Shown here in pieces: positions 21,481 through 31,464 of a stretch of 64,000 nucleotides of DNA. Within the stretch, counting starts at the first letter, position 1. Every line of letters begins with the position of its first letter. The notes under the pieces are model-generated. The model made no database searches and was not told the origin of the DNA. It was given only the letters and a program-made list of their open reading frames with translations. Source of the stretch: Ignavibacteriales bacterium (lineage in GTDB: Bacteria; Bacteroidota; Ignavibacteria; UBA10030; UBA6906); assembly GCA_037441705.1 (NCBI GenBank), contig JBBIRR010000001.1, positions 288,001 to 352,000 of the forward strand, read 5' to 3'. The translations under genes and the position numbers were made by a program.

Positions 21481-21507
21481 TGCCGCGACGATGGACGGAA
21501 CCAGGAC

Positions 21508-22446
21508 ATGAGTGCGTACGCAATTCACGTCGACAACCTCTCGAAGACGTTCGGCGCGATCCCGGCGGTTGATGCCGTGAGCTTCACCGTCGAACAGGGC
21601 GAAATGTTCGGCATCGTCGGTCCGGATGGCGCGGGCAAGACGACGACGATTCGCATGCTCTGCGGCATTCTCACACCCACGTCGGGAACGGCACAGGTTC
21701 TCGGGTACGATCTGCTGAGGGAGCCGGACGCGATCAAGAAGCACATCGGATACCTCTCCCAGCGCTTCTCGCTGTACGGCGACCTGAGCGTCGACGAGAA
21801 CATCGAGTTCTTCGCGGAAATCAACGGCGTCTATGACTACAAAACCCGCCGGGAAGAGCTGCTGGAGTTCACGCGCCTTACGCCGTTCCGAGAGAGGCTG
21901 GCGGAACGACTTTCCGGCGGCATGAAGCAAAAACTCGCGCTGGCCTGCACGCTCATTCACACGCCCCGCCTTCTTCTTCTTGACGAGCCGACAACGGGCG
22001 TCGACCCGGTTTCGCGCCGCGATTTCTGGAAGATTCTCCAACGCCTGTTGAAGGACGGCATCACCATTGTCATGAGCACGCCGTACCTCGACGAAGCCGA
22101 ACGGTGCACGCGCGTCGCCCTGATGAACAAGGGCAAAATCATGCGCGTGAATGCACCGGACCGGCTCAAACGCCTCATGACGGGTGACGTGGTAGAAATT
22201 GTGTGCGGCAGCGTTCGTGAAGCCTCGCGGCTCATCCAGCGCGACACACGGGTTCGAGAGGTGCAAACCTTTGGCGATCGCCTGCACATTGTGGTGGACG
22301 ATGCTGCGCGTGACGTGCAGACCGTCGCGGCGTTGTTGCGTCAGCAGGGCATCCCGATCACCAGCACACGAAAGGTTTCCCCTTCGCTCGAGAACGTTTT
22401 TATTTCTCTCCTTACTCACGAAGCTCTACCGGAGGAAGAACCATGA
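21508..22446 (+). CDS. ABC exporter ATP-binding protein 1
   Basis: GPDGAGKTT, LSGGMKQK, LDEPTTGVDP. Confidence 0.93.
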   Translation: MSAYAIHVDNLSKTFGAIPAVDAVSFTVEQGEMFGIVGPDGAGKTTTIRMLCGILTPTSGTAQVLGYDLLREPDAIKKHIGYLSQRFSLYGDLSVDENIEFFAEINGVYDYKTRREELLEFTRLTPFRERLAERLSGGMKQKLALACTLIHTPRLLLLDEPTTGVDPVSRRDFWKILQRLLKDGITIVMSTPYLDEAERCTRVALMNKGKIMRVNAPDRLKRLMTGDVVEIVCGSVREASRLIQRDTRVREVQTFGDRLHIVVDDAARDVQTVAALLRQQGIPITSTRKVSPSLENVFISLLTHEALPEEEP

Positions 22447-23831
22447 AACCCGACCGACATTCTTTGACACAGTATCCTACGACGAGCGCGCTGATCCGTT
22501 GGCTCCTTCTTCTGGCCGTCGTCTGCCCCGTTTGGGCACAGCAACCGCTCGCCCTCGACGAGGCCATTGCCATCGCCCACCGGAACAGCAAGGTGCTGCA
22601 GCTCTCTTCTGCCCGCGTTAACGCGGCCTCCGCAAAAGCGCGCGAGATGTCCACCCTTCTGCTTCCTTCCATCATAGTCACCGCCGGTTACCAACGCTTG
22701 AGCGACGTTGATCCGTTTCAGGTAACGGTTCCCTTTCTTCCTCAACCCATCGTCATCGCTCCGACGGTGCTGAACAACTACTCGACGCGGGTCTCTCTTC
22801 AACAACCTCTCTTTACCGGATTCACATTAGAAAGTAACGCCGCGGCCGCCGATCATCTCGCGCAGGCAAGCGAGTTTGAGGAACAGAACGACAAGGCCGA
22901 TCTGACGCTTGCCGTCACTGTTGCCTACTGGATGTTGTATCAGACGATCGAAACGAAGAGACTGATTGACGAGAATGTTGCACGGCTGGAAGCCATCGAG
23001 CGCGACACCAGGAATTTGCTGCGATCGGGCCTGGCAACACGCAACGATCTGCTGAAAGTTCAGTTGCAGATGAATACGGCGCAGCTTTCGCAGATTGACG
23101 CGGCGAATGACGTGCAGCTCGCGATGATGAACCTGAACGCCATCATCGGGCAGCCGCTGGAAACAGAGGTGCAACTCACATCGCGTCCGCTCTTTCCCGC
23201 GGACCCGGAGGCGAAGCCGTTCCGCCCGGAGGACAAAGAACGCGGCGAGCAAGCGCTGGCAGAGCGGGCCTTAACCGAACGGCCGGACATTTTAGCCATG
23301 CAGTCGCGCATCGAGGCGGCCAGGGCGTCCGTTCGCGCGGCACAGGGCAAATGGTGGCCGCAACTCTTTCTTACCGCCGGATACACGTACGCCCGTCCCA
23401 ACCTCCGATACCAGCCGACGCGCGACGAGTTCAAGAGTACGTGGGATATCGGTGTCCAGCTCCAGTTTGATCTGTGGACCTGGGGAGCGGCCGGCGATCA
23501 AACACAACAGGCTCAAGCAGCTCTCACGCAAACCGAGGTGCTGTACGAGCAGATGAAAGACATCATCACGCTCGACGTCAAGCGACAGTGGCTTGGAGTG
23601 CGGCGCGCGGCAGAGAAGGTCCGCGTCGCGTCGCTGGCCATCGAGCAGGCAGAGGAGAATCACCGCACGATGAACGACAAGTACACACACGGATTGGCAA
23701 CCGCCACAGACTTACTGGATGCCAACGTGGCGCTTCTGCAGGCGAGAACGAACTACTCCGCAGCGTTGGTCGAACACGAAATGGCCGCAGCGCGCCTGCG
23801 CCGCGCCGTCGGCTCACAGACGGCACGATGA
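22443..23831 (+). CDS. TolC family outer membrane efflux protein
   Basis: LDEAIAIA, SLQQPLFTG, GLATxxDLL twice; operon context. Confidence 0.9.
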   Translation: MKPDRHSLTQYPTTSALIRWLLLLAVVCPVWAQQPLALDEAIAIAHRNSKVLQLSSARVNAASAKAREMSTLLLPSIIVTAGYQRLSDVDPFQVTVPFLPQPIVIAPTVLNNYSTRVSLQQPLFTGFTLESNAAAADHLAQASEFEEQNDKADLTLAVTVAYWMLYQTIETKRLIDENVARLEAIERDTRNLLRSGLATRNDLLKVQLQMNTAQLSQIDAANDVQLAMMNLNAIIGQPLETEVQLTSRPLFPADPEAKPFRPEDKERGEQALAERALTERPDILAMQSRIEAARASVRAAQGKWWPQLFLTAGYTYARPNLRYQPTRDEFKSTWDIGVQLQFDLWTWGAAGDQTQQAQAALTQTEVLYEQMKDIITLDVKRQWLGVRRAAEKVRVASLAIEQAEENHRTMNDKYTHGLATATDLLDANVALLQARTNYSAALVEHEMAAARLRRAVGSQTAR

Positions 23832-23886
23832 GAACGGTAACGGCGCCATCGAAGGCAGATCACCTTTCGCCCACACGCAGCGACGT

Positions 23887-24834
23887 ATGAACGACTACGC
23901 CATCGAAGTCCACAACCTGACGAAGCGCTTTGGCGCATTCACTGCGGTGGATAACGTAAGCTTCACCGTGAAGCGAGGGGAAATCTTCGGATTCCTCGGC
24001 GCCAACGGCGCGGGCAAGTCCACCACCATTCGCATGTTGTGCGGCCTGCTTCAGCCCACAGCAGGCACGGCACGCGTGGGCGGATACGACGTTCAGAAGC
24101 AAACGGATAAAGTGAAACAAACCATCGGCTACATGTCGCAGCGCTTTTCGCTCTACGATGATCTCACCGTCGAGCAAAACATTCGTTTCTACGGCGGCGT
24201 GTACGGCTTGCGGAACGCCGAGTTGAACGAGCGGATGCAGTGGGTGATTGAGATGGCCGATCTCAGAGGACGTGAACAGAGTCTTACCCGGACGCTCTCC
24301 GGCGGATGGAAGCAGCGGCTCGCCCTCGGGTGTGCAATTCTCCATCAGCCGCAGATCGTCTTTCTGGATGAGCCGACCGGGGGTGTGGATCCTCTCGCAC
24401 GAAGAAAGTTCTGGGAACTGATCGGGCAGCTTTCCGCCGAAGGGGTCACGGTGTTGGTCACCACCCACTATCTCGATGAGGCTGAGTACTGCAACGACAT
24501 TATCCTCATCAATGCCGGAAAGCTGATCGCCGCCGGCAGCCCCGTTGAGTTGAAGACCGAGCACATCAGGTACCCGATTCTTGAGGTTGGGGGTTTAGAA
24601 AAGAGGGTTGTCGACGCGCTGGAGATTATCCGCGAACAACCATGGGCGCTCGAGGCTTCGGTGTTTGGTACCGCTCTTCACGTGATGGTGCAGGATGAAC
24701 GCGAAGGGCAAACGTTCATCCGACGCGCACTGAACTTAGCCGGCATCGAGGCGGCAAGCATTCAACGCATCGTTCCTTCGTTGGAAGATGTGTTCCTGTA
24801 TTTATTGGAGCGAACGAGCGAGGAGCGTCCATGA
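23887..24834 (+). CDS. ABC exporter ATP-binding protein 2
   Basis: GANGAGKST, LSGGWKQR, LDEPTGGVDP; start placed at ATG 23887. Confidence 0.92.
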   Translation: MNDYAIEVHNLTKRFGAFTAVDNVSFTVKRGEIFGFLGANGAGKSTTIRMLCGLLQPTAGTARVGGYDVQKQTDKVKQTIGYMSQRFSLYDDLTVEQNIRFYGGVYGLRNAELNERMQWVIEMADLRGREQSLTRTLSGGWKQRLALGCAILHQPQIVFLDEPTGGVDPLARRKFWELIGQLSAEGVTVLVTTHYLDEAEYCNDIILINAGKLIAAGSPVELKTEHIRYPILEVGGLEKRVVDALEIIREQPWALEASVFGTALHVMVQDEREGQTFIRRALNLAGIEAASIQRIVPSLEDVFLYLLERTSEERP

Positions 24835-25964
24835 TCAAACGCCTGAAGCCGATCATCATCAAAGAGTTTCGCCAAATCCGTCGGGATCCGACGACGCTCG
24901 GCATGTTGTTGGTTCTGCCGACAGCATTGATCATCCTCGTCGGCTATGCGCTGAACTTCGACGTGAAGCACATTCCGCTTGCCGTGTTCGATCAGAGCAG
25001 AACACCCGACAGCCGCGCCTATCTGCAGCAGTTCGCCCACACCGAATATTTCGACTACCGCTACAACGTCCGTTCGTACAGAGAGATCGAGGATCTCTTC
25101 CTGAGCAACGAGGCGCGGGTGGCACTCGTCATCCCGCGCACGTTCGCTTCGGACCTTGCCGCCGGACGCAGTACGCAGGTGCAGATTCTTCTGGACGGTG
25201 CGGATGCAAACAGCGCAGGGCAGGCCGTGGGGTACGCAACACGCATGACCGTCGAATACTCCAATCGGATCACGGCGGAGTTTCTCGCACGCAAGGGACG
25301 TTCCCTGTACCTTCCCATCGACTTTCAGCCGCGCATCTGGTACAACCCCGACCTTGTCTCCAACCGATTCCTGATTCCCGGCCTGATCGGTTTCATCATC
25401 GTGCTTGCCGCGGTCATCTCCACAGCGTTGACTGTCGTGCGCGAGAAAGAGCGCGGCACGATGGAGCAGTTGATGGTCTCACCGCTACACCCTCTGCAAC
25501 TTGTGTTGGGGAAGGTCATCCCCTACTTCTTCATCAGTCTGGTAATTGCAAGCTCGATTCTGATTGTGGGGTATCTTCTTTTTGATGTTGAGGTCAAAGG
25601 AAGCCTGCTGCTGTTGTACGCGGGTATCGTTGCTATAATTTTCGGCGGACTCGGCCAGGGGCTGTTGATATCGAGTGTCACCGATTCCCAGCAGGTTGCC
25701 TTCATGATGGCGGCCCTCAGTTCGCTGCTGCCCACATTTCTGTTGTCGGGATTTGTGTTCCCGATTTCAAGCATGCCCGTGTTCTTGCAGATTCTCTCGA
25801 ATGTTGCCGTCACGAAGTTCTTTCTTGTCGTCGTTCGTGGCGTCATGTTGAAGGGCGTGGGTTTCGAGGCGGTATGGGATCAATTCCTCTACATGCTGAT
25901 CTTCGCCGTTGTGACGCTCGGTATCAGCACAAAGCGGCTGCAGAAGAGGGTGCTGCACTCATGA
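24831..25964 (+). CDS. ABC-2 type permease (YbhS-like)
   Basis: KEFRQIRRD, WYNP, REKERGTMEQL, LSGFVFPI. Confidence 0.92.
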   Translation: MIKRLKPIIIKEFRQIRRDPTTLGMLLVLPTALIILVGYALNFDVKHIPLAVFDQSRTPDSRAYLQQFAHTEYFDYRYNVRSYREIEDLFLSNEARVALVIPRTFASDLAAGRSTQVQILLDGADANSAGQAVGYATRMTVEYSNRITAEFLARKGRSLYLPIDFQPRIWYNPDLVSNRFLIPGLIGFIIVLAAVISTALTVVREKERGTMEQLMVSPLHPLQLVLGKVIPYFFISLVIASSILIVGYLLFDVEVKGSLLLLYAGIVAIIFGGLGQGLLISSVTDSQQVAFMMAALSSLLPTFLLSGFVFPISSMPVFLQILSNVAVTKFFLVVVRGVMLKGVGFEAVWDQFLYMLIFAVVTLGISTKRLQKRVLHS

Positions 25965-27097
25965 AAGATTCTTTCCACATCATTTTCGAGATCATCAAGA
26001 AGGAATTCTACCAAATCCGGCAGGACAAACGCATGCTCGGCGTGTCGATCGTTGCGCCCATTCTGCAGGTGTTTCTCCTCGGTTACGCAGCGACCACCGA
26101 TATCAAGAACAGCACGATGGTAGTATGCGACATGGACCGAACCGCCGAGAGCAGAACGTTTGTGGAAAGCTTCACGACGTCGGGATATTTCATTCCCCTC
26201 TATTCCGTACAGAAGCCCGACGAAGCGACGCGCTACATCGAGGAGGCCAAGGCGAACATCATTCTGGTCATTCCCAGGGGTTTTGCGCGCAAGCTGTTCG
26301 GCCGCGAACAGGCGCAGGTGCAAGTTGTCCTCGACGGCACCGATGCGAACACGGCGAACATTCTGCTCACGTACGCAACGCAGATTGTCACCTCCTACGG
26401 GCGGAGGGTGGTAGCAAAGTATTCCACGCTGCCGTCGGGTATGAGCGTGCCGCAAATCCTGCCCGAGCCGCGCGTCTGGTTCAACCCCGATCTCAAGAGC
26501 GCAAACTACATGGTGCCCGGCGTTGTTGCCATGGTGCTGATGATAATCACGATGACGCTCACCTCCGTCGGCGTCGTGAAAGAGCGAGAGGTCGGCACGC
26601 TGGAGCAGATTCTCGTCACCCCGATCAAACCGCACGAGTTCATCCTCGGCAAGCTGATGCCGTTTGTTGTGATCGGGTTCGTGGATACGTTGCTGGTTCT
26701 CGCCGTTGCACGATACTGGTTTGAGATTCCGTTGGCGGGCAGTCTTGTACTGTTATTTGCATTGAGCGCCATCTTCATCCTCACCACGCTCGGCCTCGGG
26801 CTGTTCATTTCCACGATTGCAAGGTCGCAGGGCCAGGCGATGATGATTGCGCAGTTCTTCTTCTTCATGCCGTTCATTTTTCTTTCCGGGTTTACGTTCC
26901 CCATTGCAAACATGCCCGGCTGGATTCAGCTTCTCACGTACCTGATACCGCTTCGCTATTTCCTCGAAATCGTACGCGGCATTTTTTTGAAGGGCACGGA
27001 CCTTTCGCATCTCTGGCCGCAGGCCGCTGCACTGCTTGCTTTTGGAATCATCATTTTGAGCTTGAGCGTAAAGCGATTCCGGCAGACGCTGGAGTAG
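25961..27097 (+). CDS. ABC-2 type permease (YbhR-like)
   Basis: KEFYQIRQD, WFNP, KEREVGTLEQ; ATG 25961 overlaps the upstream stop codon. Confidence 0.92.
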   Translation: MKDSFHIIFEIIKKEFYQIRQDKRMLGVSIVAPILQVFLLGYAATTDIKNSTMVVCDMDRTAESRTFVESFTTSGYFIPLYSVQKPDEATRYIEEAKANIILVIPRGFARKLFGREQAQVQVVLDGTDANTANILLTYATQIVTSYGRRVVAKYSTLPSGMSVPQILPEPRVWFNPDLKSANYMVPGVVAMVLMIITMTLTSVGVVKEREVGTLEQILVTPIKPHEFILGKLMPFVVIGFVDTLLVLAVARYWFEIPLAGSLVLLFALSAIFILTTLGLGLFISTIARSQGQAMMIAQFFFFMPFIFLSGFTFPIANMPGWIQLLTYLIPLRYFLEIVRGIFLKGTDLSHLWPQAAALLAFGIIILSLSVKRFRQTLE

Positions 27098-27231
27098 GCG
27101 GCCCCTTCCCCGCCCCCGCGGGCTTCATGTAGAGCTTTGATTCCGGATCATCCGGTTGCAAATCTCCAATCTCTTCTCTATCTTTGACCGTCGCTAACAG
27201 GGGATTCATCACTGTTACAGCCGTTCTTCGC

Positions 27232-28839
27232 ATGACCGACCAGCGCCGCTTGTTGGTAACGTTGAGTCTCTTGCTCATTGTTTCGGGCTGCGGCATCACC
27301 GTGTACGAAGCCGGCATCCCCCGCACGCCGATCGTTGACCCGCCCTCTGATCGTTCTCCACTGCCTGATTCGGTGACTGTTATTCCCGGACCCGAATACG
27401 AAGCCGGATGGTTTCACCGACTTCTGTTCGGTCAGCACTATCGTGATTTGTGGGCAACGCCCATAAAAGTGAAGGTGCTCGACCTGAGCGGTCTCACGCC
27501 GGTGAAAATGGGCGGCGGCTATCAAACCAAATCGCTGCGCCTGAAAGCCGACAACGGCAAGATGTATGTGTTCCGGTCGGTCAACAAAGACCCGCGACGA
27601 GTGCTGCCGCTGGACCTGCAGGATACATTTGCCGCCAATGTTGTGCAGGATCAGATCAGTTCGTCCAATCCGGCTGGAGCGCTGGTGGTGAATGTTCTGG
27701 CCGACGCCCTCGGCGTGCTGCACCCGAAACCGACTCTGGTTCTCATGCCCGACGATGAACGCCTGGGCGAGTATCGCGACGATTTCGCCGGCATTCTCGG
27801 CATCCTCGAAGACTATCCGACCGAAGGCGAGGGAAATACACCCGGCTTCGCCGGATCGGACAAGATCGTCGGCACCATCAAGTTGTTCGAAACACTCGAG
27901 AAGGATAACGACAACGAGGTGAACGCCGAGGCGCTGCTCACGGCGCGCTTGCTCGATGTGTTTGTGGGAGATTGGGATCGCCACCTCGATCAATGGCGAT
28001 GGGCACGCTTCAAAGAGGACGGACGTTCTGTGTGGTATCCCATTCCGCGCGACCGCGATCAGGCGTTCGCTCGCTTCGACGGCCTGCTTCCCGGCATCGC
28101 GGAAATGTCCGTGACGCAGTTCGAGAACTTCGATCATCGCTTCAGTGATATCACGAGTCTCACTTTCTCCGGCCGATACGTGGATCGTCGTCTCCTCGTC
28201 TCACTCGATCGGCAGGCATGGGACCGCATCGCCGACAGCATTGTGCGGAGACTGACGGATGAGGTCATCGAACGAGCCGTGGCGAATCTCCCGCCGGAAT
28301 TCTACACAAAGCGAGGAGCGTGGCTGGCGCAGGCCCTGAAGAGTCGACGCGCCGGCCTGAAGAAAGCCGCTGCGGTGTACTATGAGCTTGTCTCGGACTA
28401 CGTGGATGTCCATTTCAGCGATGATCCGGAGGATGTGGACATCCGCCGAATTGATAATGAGCGCGTAGAGGTGATTGCGTACAAGCGCAAGAAGGGATCG
28501 GGCGAGCGCGGCAGAGAACTCTACCGACGGACGTTTCTGCGAAACGAAACGGAAGAGATTCGCGTCTATCTTCACGGCGGTGACGATCAGTGTCATGTGG
28601 AAGGCGAAGTTCGTTCCAGCATCGTGGTGCGGGTGATCGGCGGGGGCGGCGATGATCGCTTTGTGGACGAGTCACATGTACGCGGCATGCTCTGGGGTTT
28701 TATCCCCTTCATTCCGCGAGCAGAGCGCTGTACCTACTTCTACGATCATGAAGGAACGAATACGATCGTTGCAGGATCAAGTTGTGTGGTTGACCGGAGT
28801 ACGTACGAGCCGCCTCCTGCGGGCCTGAGGCAGTACTGA
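27232..28839 (+). CDS. Lipoprotein with atypical kinase-like (PI3/4K/HipA/CotH-like) domain
   Basis: Lipobox VSGC; Gly loop GGGYQT; catalytic-loop-like GDWDRHLDQW; PRDRDQAF. Confidence 0.7.
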   Translation: MTDQRRLLVTLSLLLIVSGCGITVYEAGIPRTPIVDPPSDRSPLPDSVTVIPGPEYEAGWFHRLLFGQHYRDLWATPIKVKVLDLSGLTPVKMGGGYQTKSLRLKADNGKMYVFRSVNKDPRRVLPLDLQDTFAANVVQDQISSSNPAGALVVNVLADALGVLHPKPTLVLMPDDERLGEYRDDFAGILGILEDYPTEGEGNTPGFAGSDKIVGTIKLFETLEKDNDNEVNAEALLTARLLDVFVGDWDRHLDQWRWARFKEDGRSVWYPIPRDRDQAFARFDGLLPGIAEMSVTQFENFDHRFSDITSLTFSGRYVDRRLLVSLDRQAWDRIADSIVRRLTDEVIERAVANLPPEFYTKRGAWLAQALKSRRAGLKKAAAVYYELVSDYVDVHFSDDPEDVDIRRIDNERVEVIAYKRKKGSGERGRELYRRTFLRNETEEIRVYLHGGDDQCHVEGEVRSSIVVRVIGGGGDDRFVDESHVRGMLWGFIPFIPRAERCTYFYDHEGTNTIVAGSSCVVDRSTYEPPPAGLRQY

Positions 28840-28898
28840 CGAACCCTTCCCCGCACACCGAAGGGATACACTAAGCGAACAACTCACGACGATCGCGA

Positions 28899-30170
28899 AT
28901 GATGACTCCGACATCCTTACGTATGAGCAGAAGCTCTTTGTATATCTTCCTCCTCGTTGCCTACGCCGGCTGCTCGCAGAACGAATCGCTCCACGAGCGC
29001 AGACGCATGCTCACAGTCGTTGCCATCGGTGACGCAGGAGAGGGAGGCTCGACTCTGCGCGCCAATGCCGCGCTGGTCAACGATATGTACAGCGGCCGCC
29101 ATAACGGCGGCGCGCCGGAGGTCATGCTCTTTCTGGGCGACAACTTTTACCCGATCGGACTCAATGTGCCGAACGACGAGGTGGAGTCGCTCGTCCATAG
29201 CATTCTCGGTCCATTTCGCCCGACATTCGAGGGCCTGGGGCGATCGAACGTTCACGCTCTCGCCGGCAATCATGACTACTATGCTCGCAACGCTATTGAC
29301 AAGTCTATTCTGTTCGGCCTCATTAGCGTGACTGCCGGGTCCATCGGCCTGAGTGATCGCGGCAACCAGAGAAGTCGTGAGATCGAGTGGTGGACGTATT
29401 ACGCGGGCATGCCCGCTGACGCGGTATATCCTGTCAGCGCCGACTCGCAGGATAGTGTGCAGTTCATCTTCTATGATTCGGCCTTGCCCCTGCGAACCGA
29501 GCCGGCTACGTGGCGTCCTGCACTCGATAGCCTTCGTCGCCTGCTTGTCCGTTCTGCCGCGCGGAAGGGGATCGTGTGGCGCGTCCTGTGCCAGCATCAC
29601 CCCTGGTTTTCCGTAGGAGAGCACGCCGGCTATTCCATGTGGGATGACGAGTCTCGAACGGTCGCCTTTCTTCCCAATTGCGACAAGGACTCGAACGCCG
29701 TTCAGTGGTTCTTGAACTCGTTCGATCCCGAAGATCTCTGCGCGGAAAAATATCAGGCACAGCTCGATTCACTCCGGTCGGTGATTCGCACAAGCGGAGC
29801 CAAGATTCAGTTCACGCTCACGGGGCACGATCATTCGCTTCAACTCCTTTCCTATCCTGATGGGGAAGGCAACTGCACTGATTGCCCGACGCTTCACATT
29901 ATCTCCGGAGCGGGATCGCATCCTTCCATCGTCAAGCTTCCCGCCCCGCCGCGAGAATTCACGTCTTCTCAACCGTCTCAGAAGGGACGATCACATGCAG
30001 GGTTTGCGCAATTGCAGTTCAGTCCGGAGACCGTACGCGTCGTGTTCTTCAGCGCCTCGGATGGCGAAACAATTGATATGGGAGGGGGCATGAGAGAGTT
30101 CTATATTGATCGGAGCGGCCGCCTGATGCAGGGAATGCCGCACGAGGAGAACCACGGCTATGCGCGCTGA
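28899..30170 (+). CDS. Metallophosphoesterase lipoprotein (purple acid phosphatase-like)
   Basis: GDAG, GDNFY, GNHDY, HHP, GHDH; lipobox YAGC. Confidence 0.85.
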   Translation: MMTPTSLRMSRSSLYIFLLVAYAGCSQNESLHERRRMLTVVAIGDAGEGGSTLRANAALVNDMYSGRHNGGAPEVMLFLGDNFYPIGLNVPNDEVESLVHSILGPFRPTFEGLGRSNVHALAGNHDYYARNAIDKSILFGLISVTAGSIGLSDRGNQRSREIEWWTYYAGMPADAVYPVSADSQDSVQFIFYDSALPLRTEPATWRPALDSLRRLLVRSAARKGIVWRVLCQHHPWFSVGEHAGYSMWDDESRTVAFLPNCDKDSNAVQWFLNSFDPEDLCAEKYQAQLDSLRSVIRTSGAKIQFTLTGHDHSLQLLSYPDGEGNCTDCPTLHIISGAGSHPSIVKLPAPPREFTSSQPSQKGRSHAGFAQLQFSPETVRVVFFSASDGETIDMGGGMREFYIDRSGRLMQGMPHEENHGYAR

Positions 30171-31323
30171 GTGGAAACAAGCATCTTGGCCCCTTGCTCT
30201 GCTTTTGTCGGCGATGCTCGCGCCGGATCCCTCCGCACGTGCGCAGGAGACCGACGAGGACGAGCAGGTCGCGAAGTATCAACCGTACCGCGACTACGGA
30301 ACCGACTGGCGGCTCAGCTCGCTCTTCGGCTTCACGCCCGAAGACGGCATCCTCGTCGGCACGGGCGCCATTGTGTACAAGTTCGCGTTCCGAACTTTCC
30401 CGTATCTCTATCGGATGGAACTTGTCGGAGGCATCACACTCTCGACGGGACGGTGGAAGTTCGTGTACACGGCAAAATTTCCCAGCCTGAGCACGAACGC
30501 GTCGCTCGACATACGTGCGTACGCCTCGGAGTTGGAAGTGCGCAACTTCTACGGCTTCGGCAACAACACGCCGCGTGACAAGCAGCTCGAGAAGAATGAC
30601 TTCTACCGTGTCGCTTCGCGGCAATACTACCTTGAGCCGCTGCTCCGATGGAAGTTTGGCGAGACAGTCACGCTCGGCCTCGGCGCGTCGATCAAACACT
30701 TTGAAGCACGACAGGAGGCAAACCGCTTCCTTTCCTCTGCGCTCCTCGATACGCTCGGCGACGATCGCTGGGTGGTAGGAACGGGAGTGAACGTTGAGAT
30801 CCGCACGGGCGAGGCCGGTGTGGCTCCGCGCCAAGGATTCTTCGCTGTTCTCTCGGCCTGGAATTATCCCTACCCATTCGACCGTCGCAGACCGTTCCAG
30901 CGCTACACCGCGGACCTTCGCGGGTACTCAAACCTCGGACCTGTTACGCTTGCTTTGCACGCTGCCGGAGAAAAGTTGGAGGGACAGTTTCCGTTCTACG
31001 AGGCGGCATTTCTGGGCGGCGCGACGTCTCTGCGAGGCTACAACCTGAACCGCTTCTCCGGGGACGCATCGCTGAGCGGCAGCGCTGAGCTGCGTCTCTC
31101 GTTGTTCAAACTGAAGCTGCTCCTGCCAACACAGGTGGGCGTGTTTGTCTTCGGCGATGCCGGCAAAGTGTTCCTCGACGGCAAAGCTCCTTCAGGCTGG
31201 CATGCCGATGCAGGCGCAGGAATCTCACTGGCACCCATTTCGGAGGAGTTGACGTTCTCCATTGCTTTCGCCTCATCTCCCGAAGGGCTGTTCGTGAACG
31301 GCGTTTTCGGGTTCAGCTTCTGA
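30160..31323 (+). CDS. Omp85 (BamA/TamA family) beta-barrel without POTRA domains
   Basis: Signal peptide; LGGATSLRGYNLNRFSG lid-loop motif; ELR; FGDAG; C-terminal FGFSF. Confidence 0.85.
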   Translation: MRAEWKQASWPLALLLSAMLAPDPSARAQETDEDEQVAKYQPYRDYGTDWRLSSLFGFTPEDGILVGTGAIVYKFAFRTFPYLYRMELVGGITLSTGRWKFVYTAKFPSLSTNASLDIRAYASELEVRNFYGFGNNTPRDKQLEKNDFYRVASRQYYLEPLLRWKFGETVTLGLGASIKHFEARQEANRFLSSALLDTLGDDRWVVGTGVNVEIRTGEAGVAPRQGFFAVLSAWNYPYPFDRRRPFQRYTADLRGYSNLGPVTLALHAAGEKLEGQFPFYEAAFLGGATSLRGYNLNRFSGDASLSGSAELRLSLFKLKLLLPTQVGVFVFGDAGKVFLDGKAPSGWHADAGAGISLAPISEELTFSIAFASSPEGLFVNGVFGFSF

Positions 31324-31464
31324 CCAACCTCCTGAAAAGCCGCCCGAGGAACGCGTACAGTCCCCCTACTTGCATTCGAACGGCGCTCAAGGTGGTGACT
31401 TTCTTGCCGAGTGTGCCTATCTTGAATTAAACCAGCACAGCGATCAATCCCTACATCATGTTTT

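Noticed and set aside
31324-31464. M-box riboswitch upstream of mgtE
   Set aside because: Only about 140 bp of intergenic space and no recognisable conserved aptamer motifs
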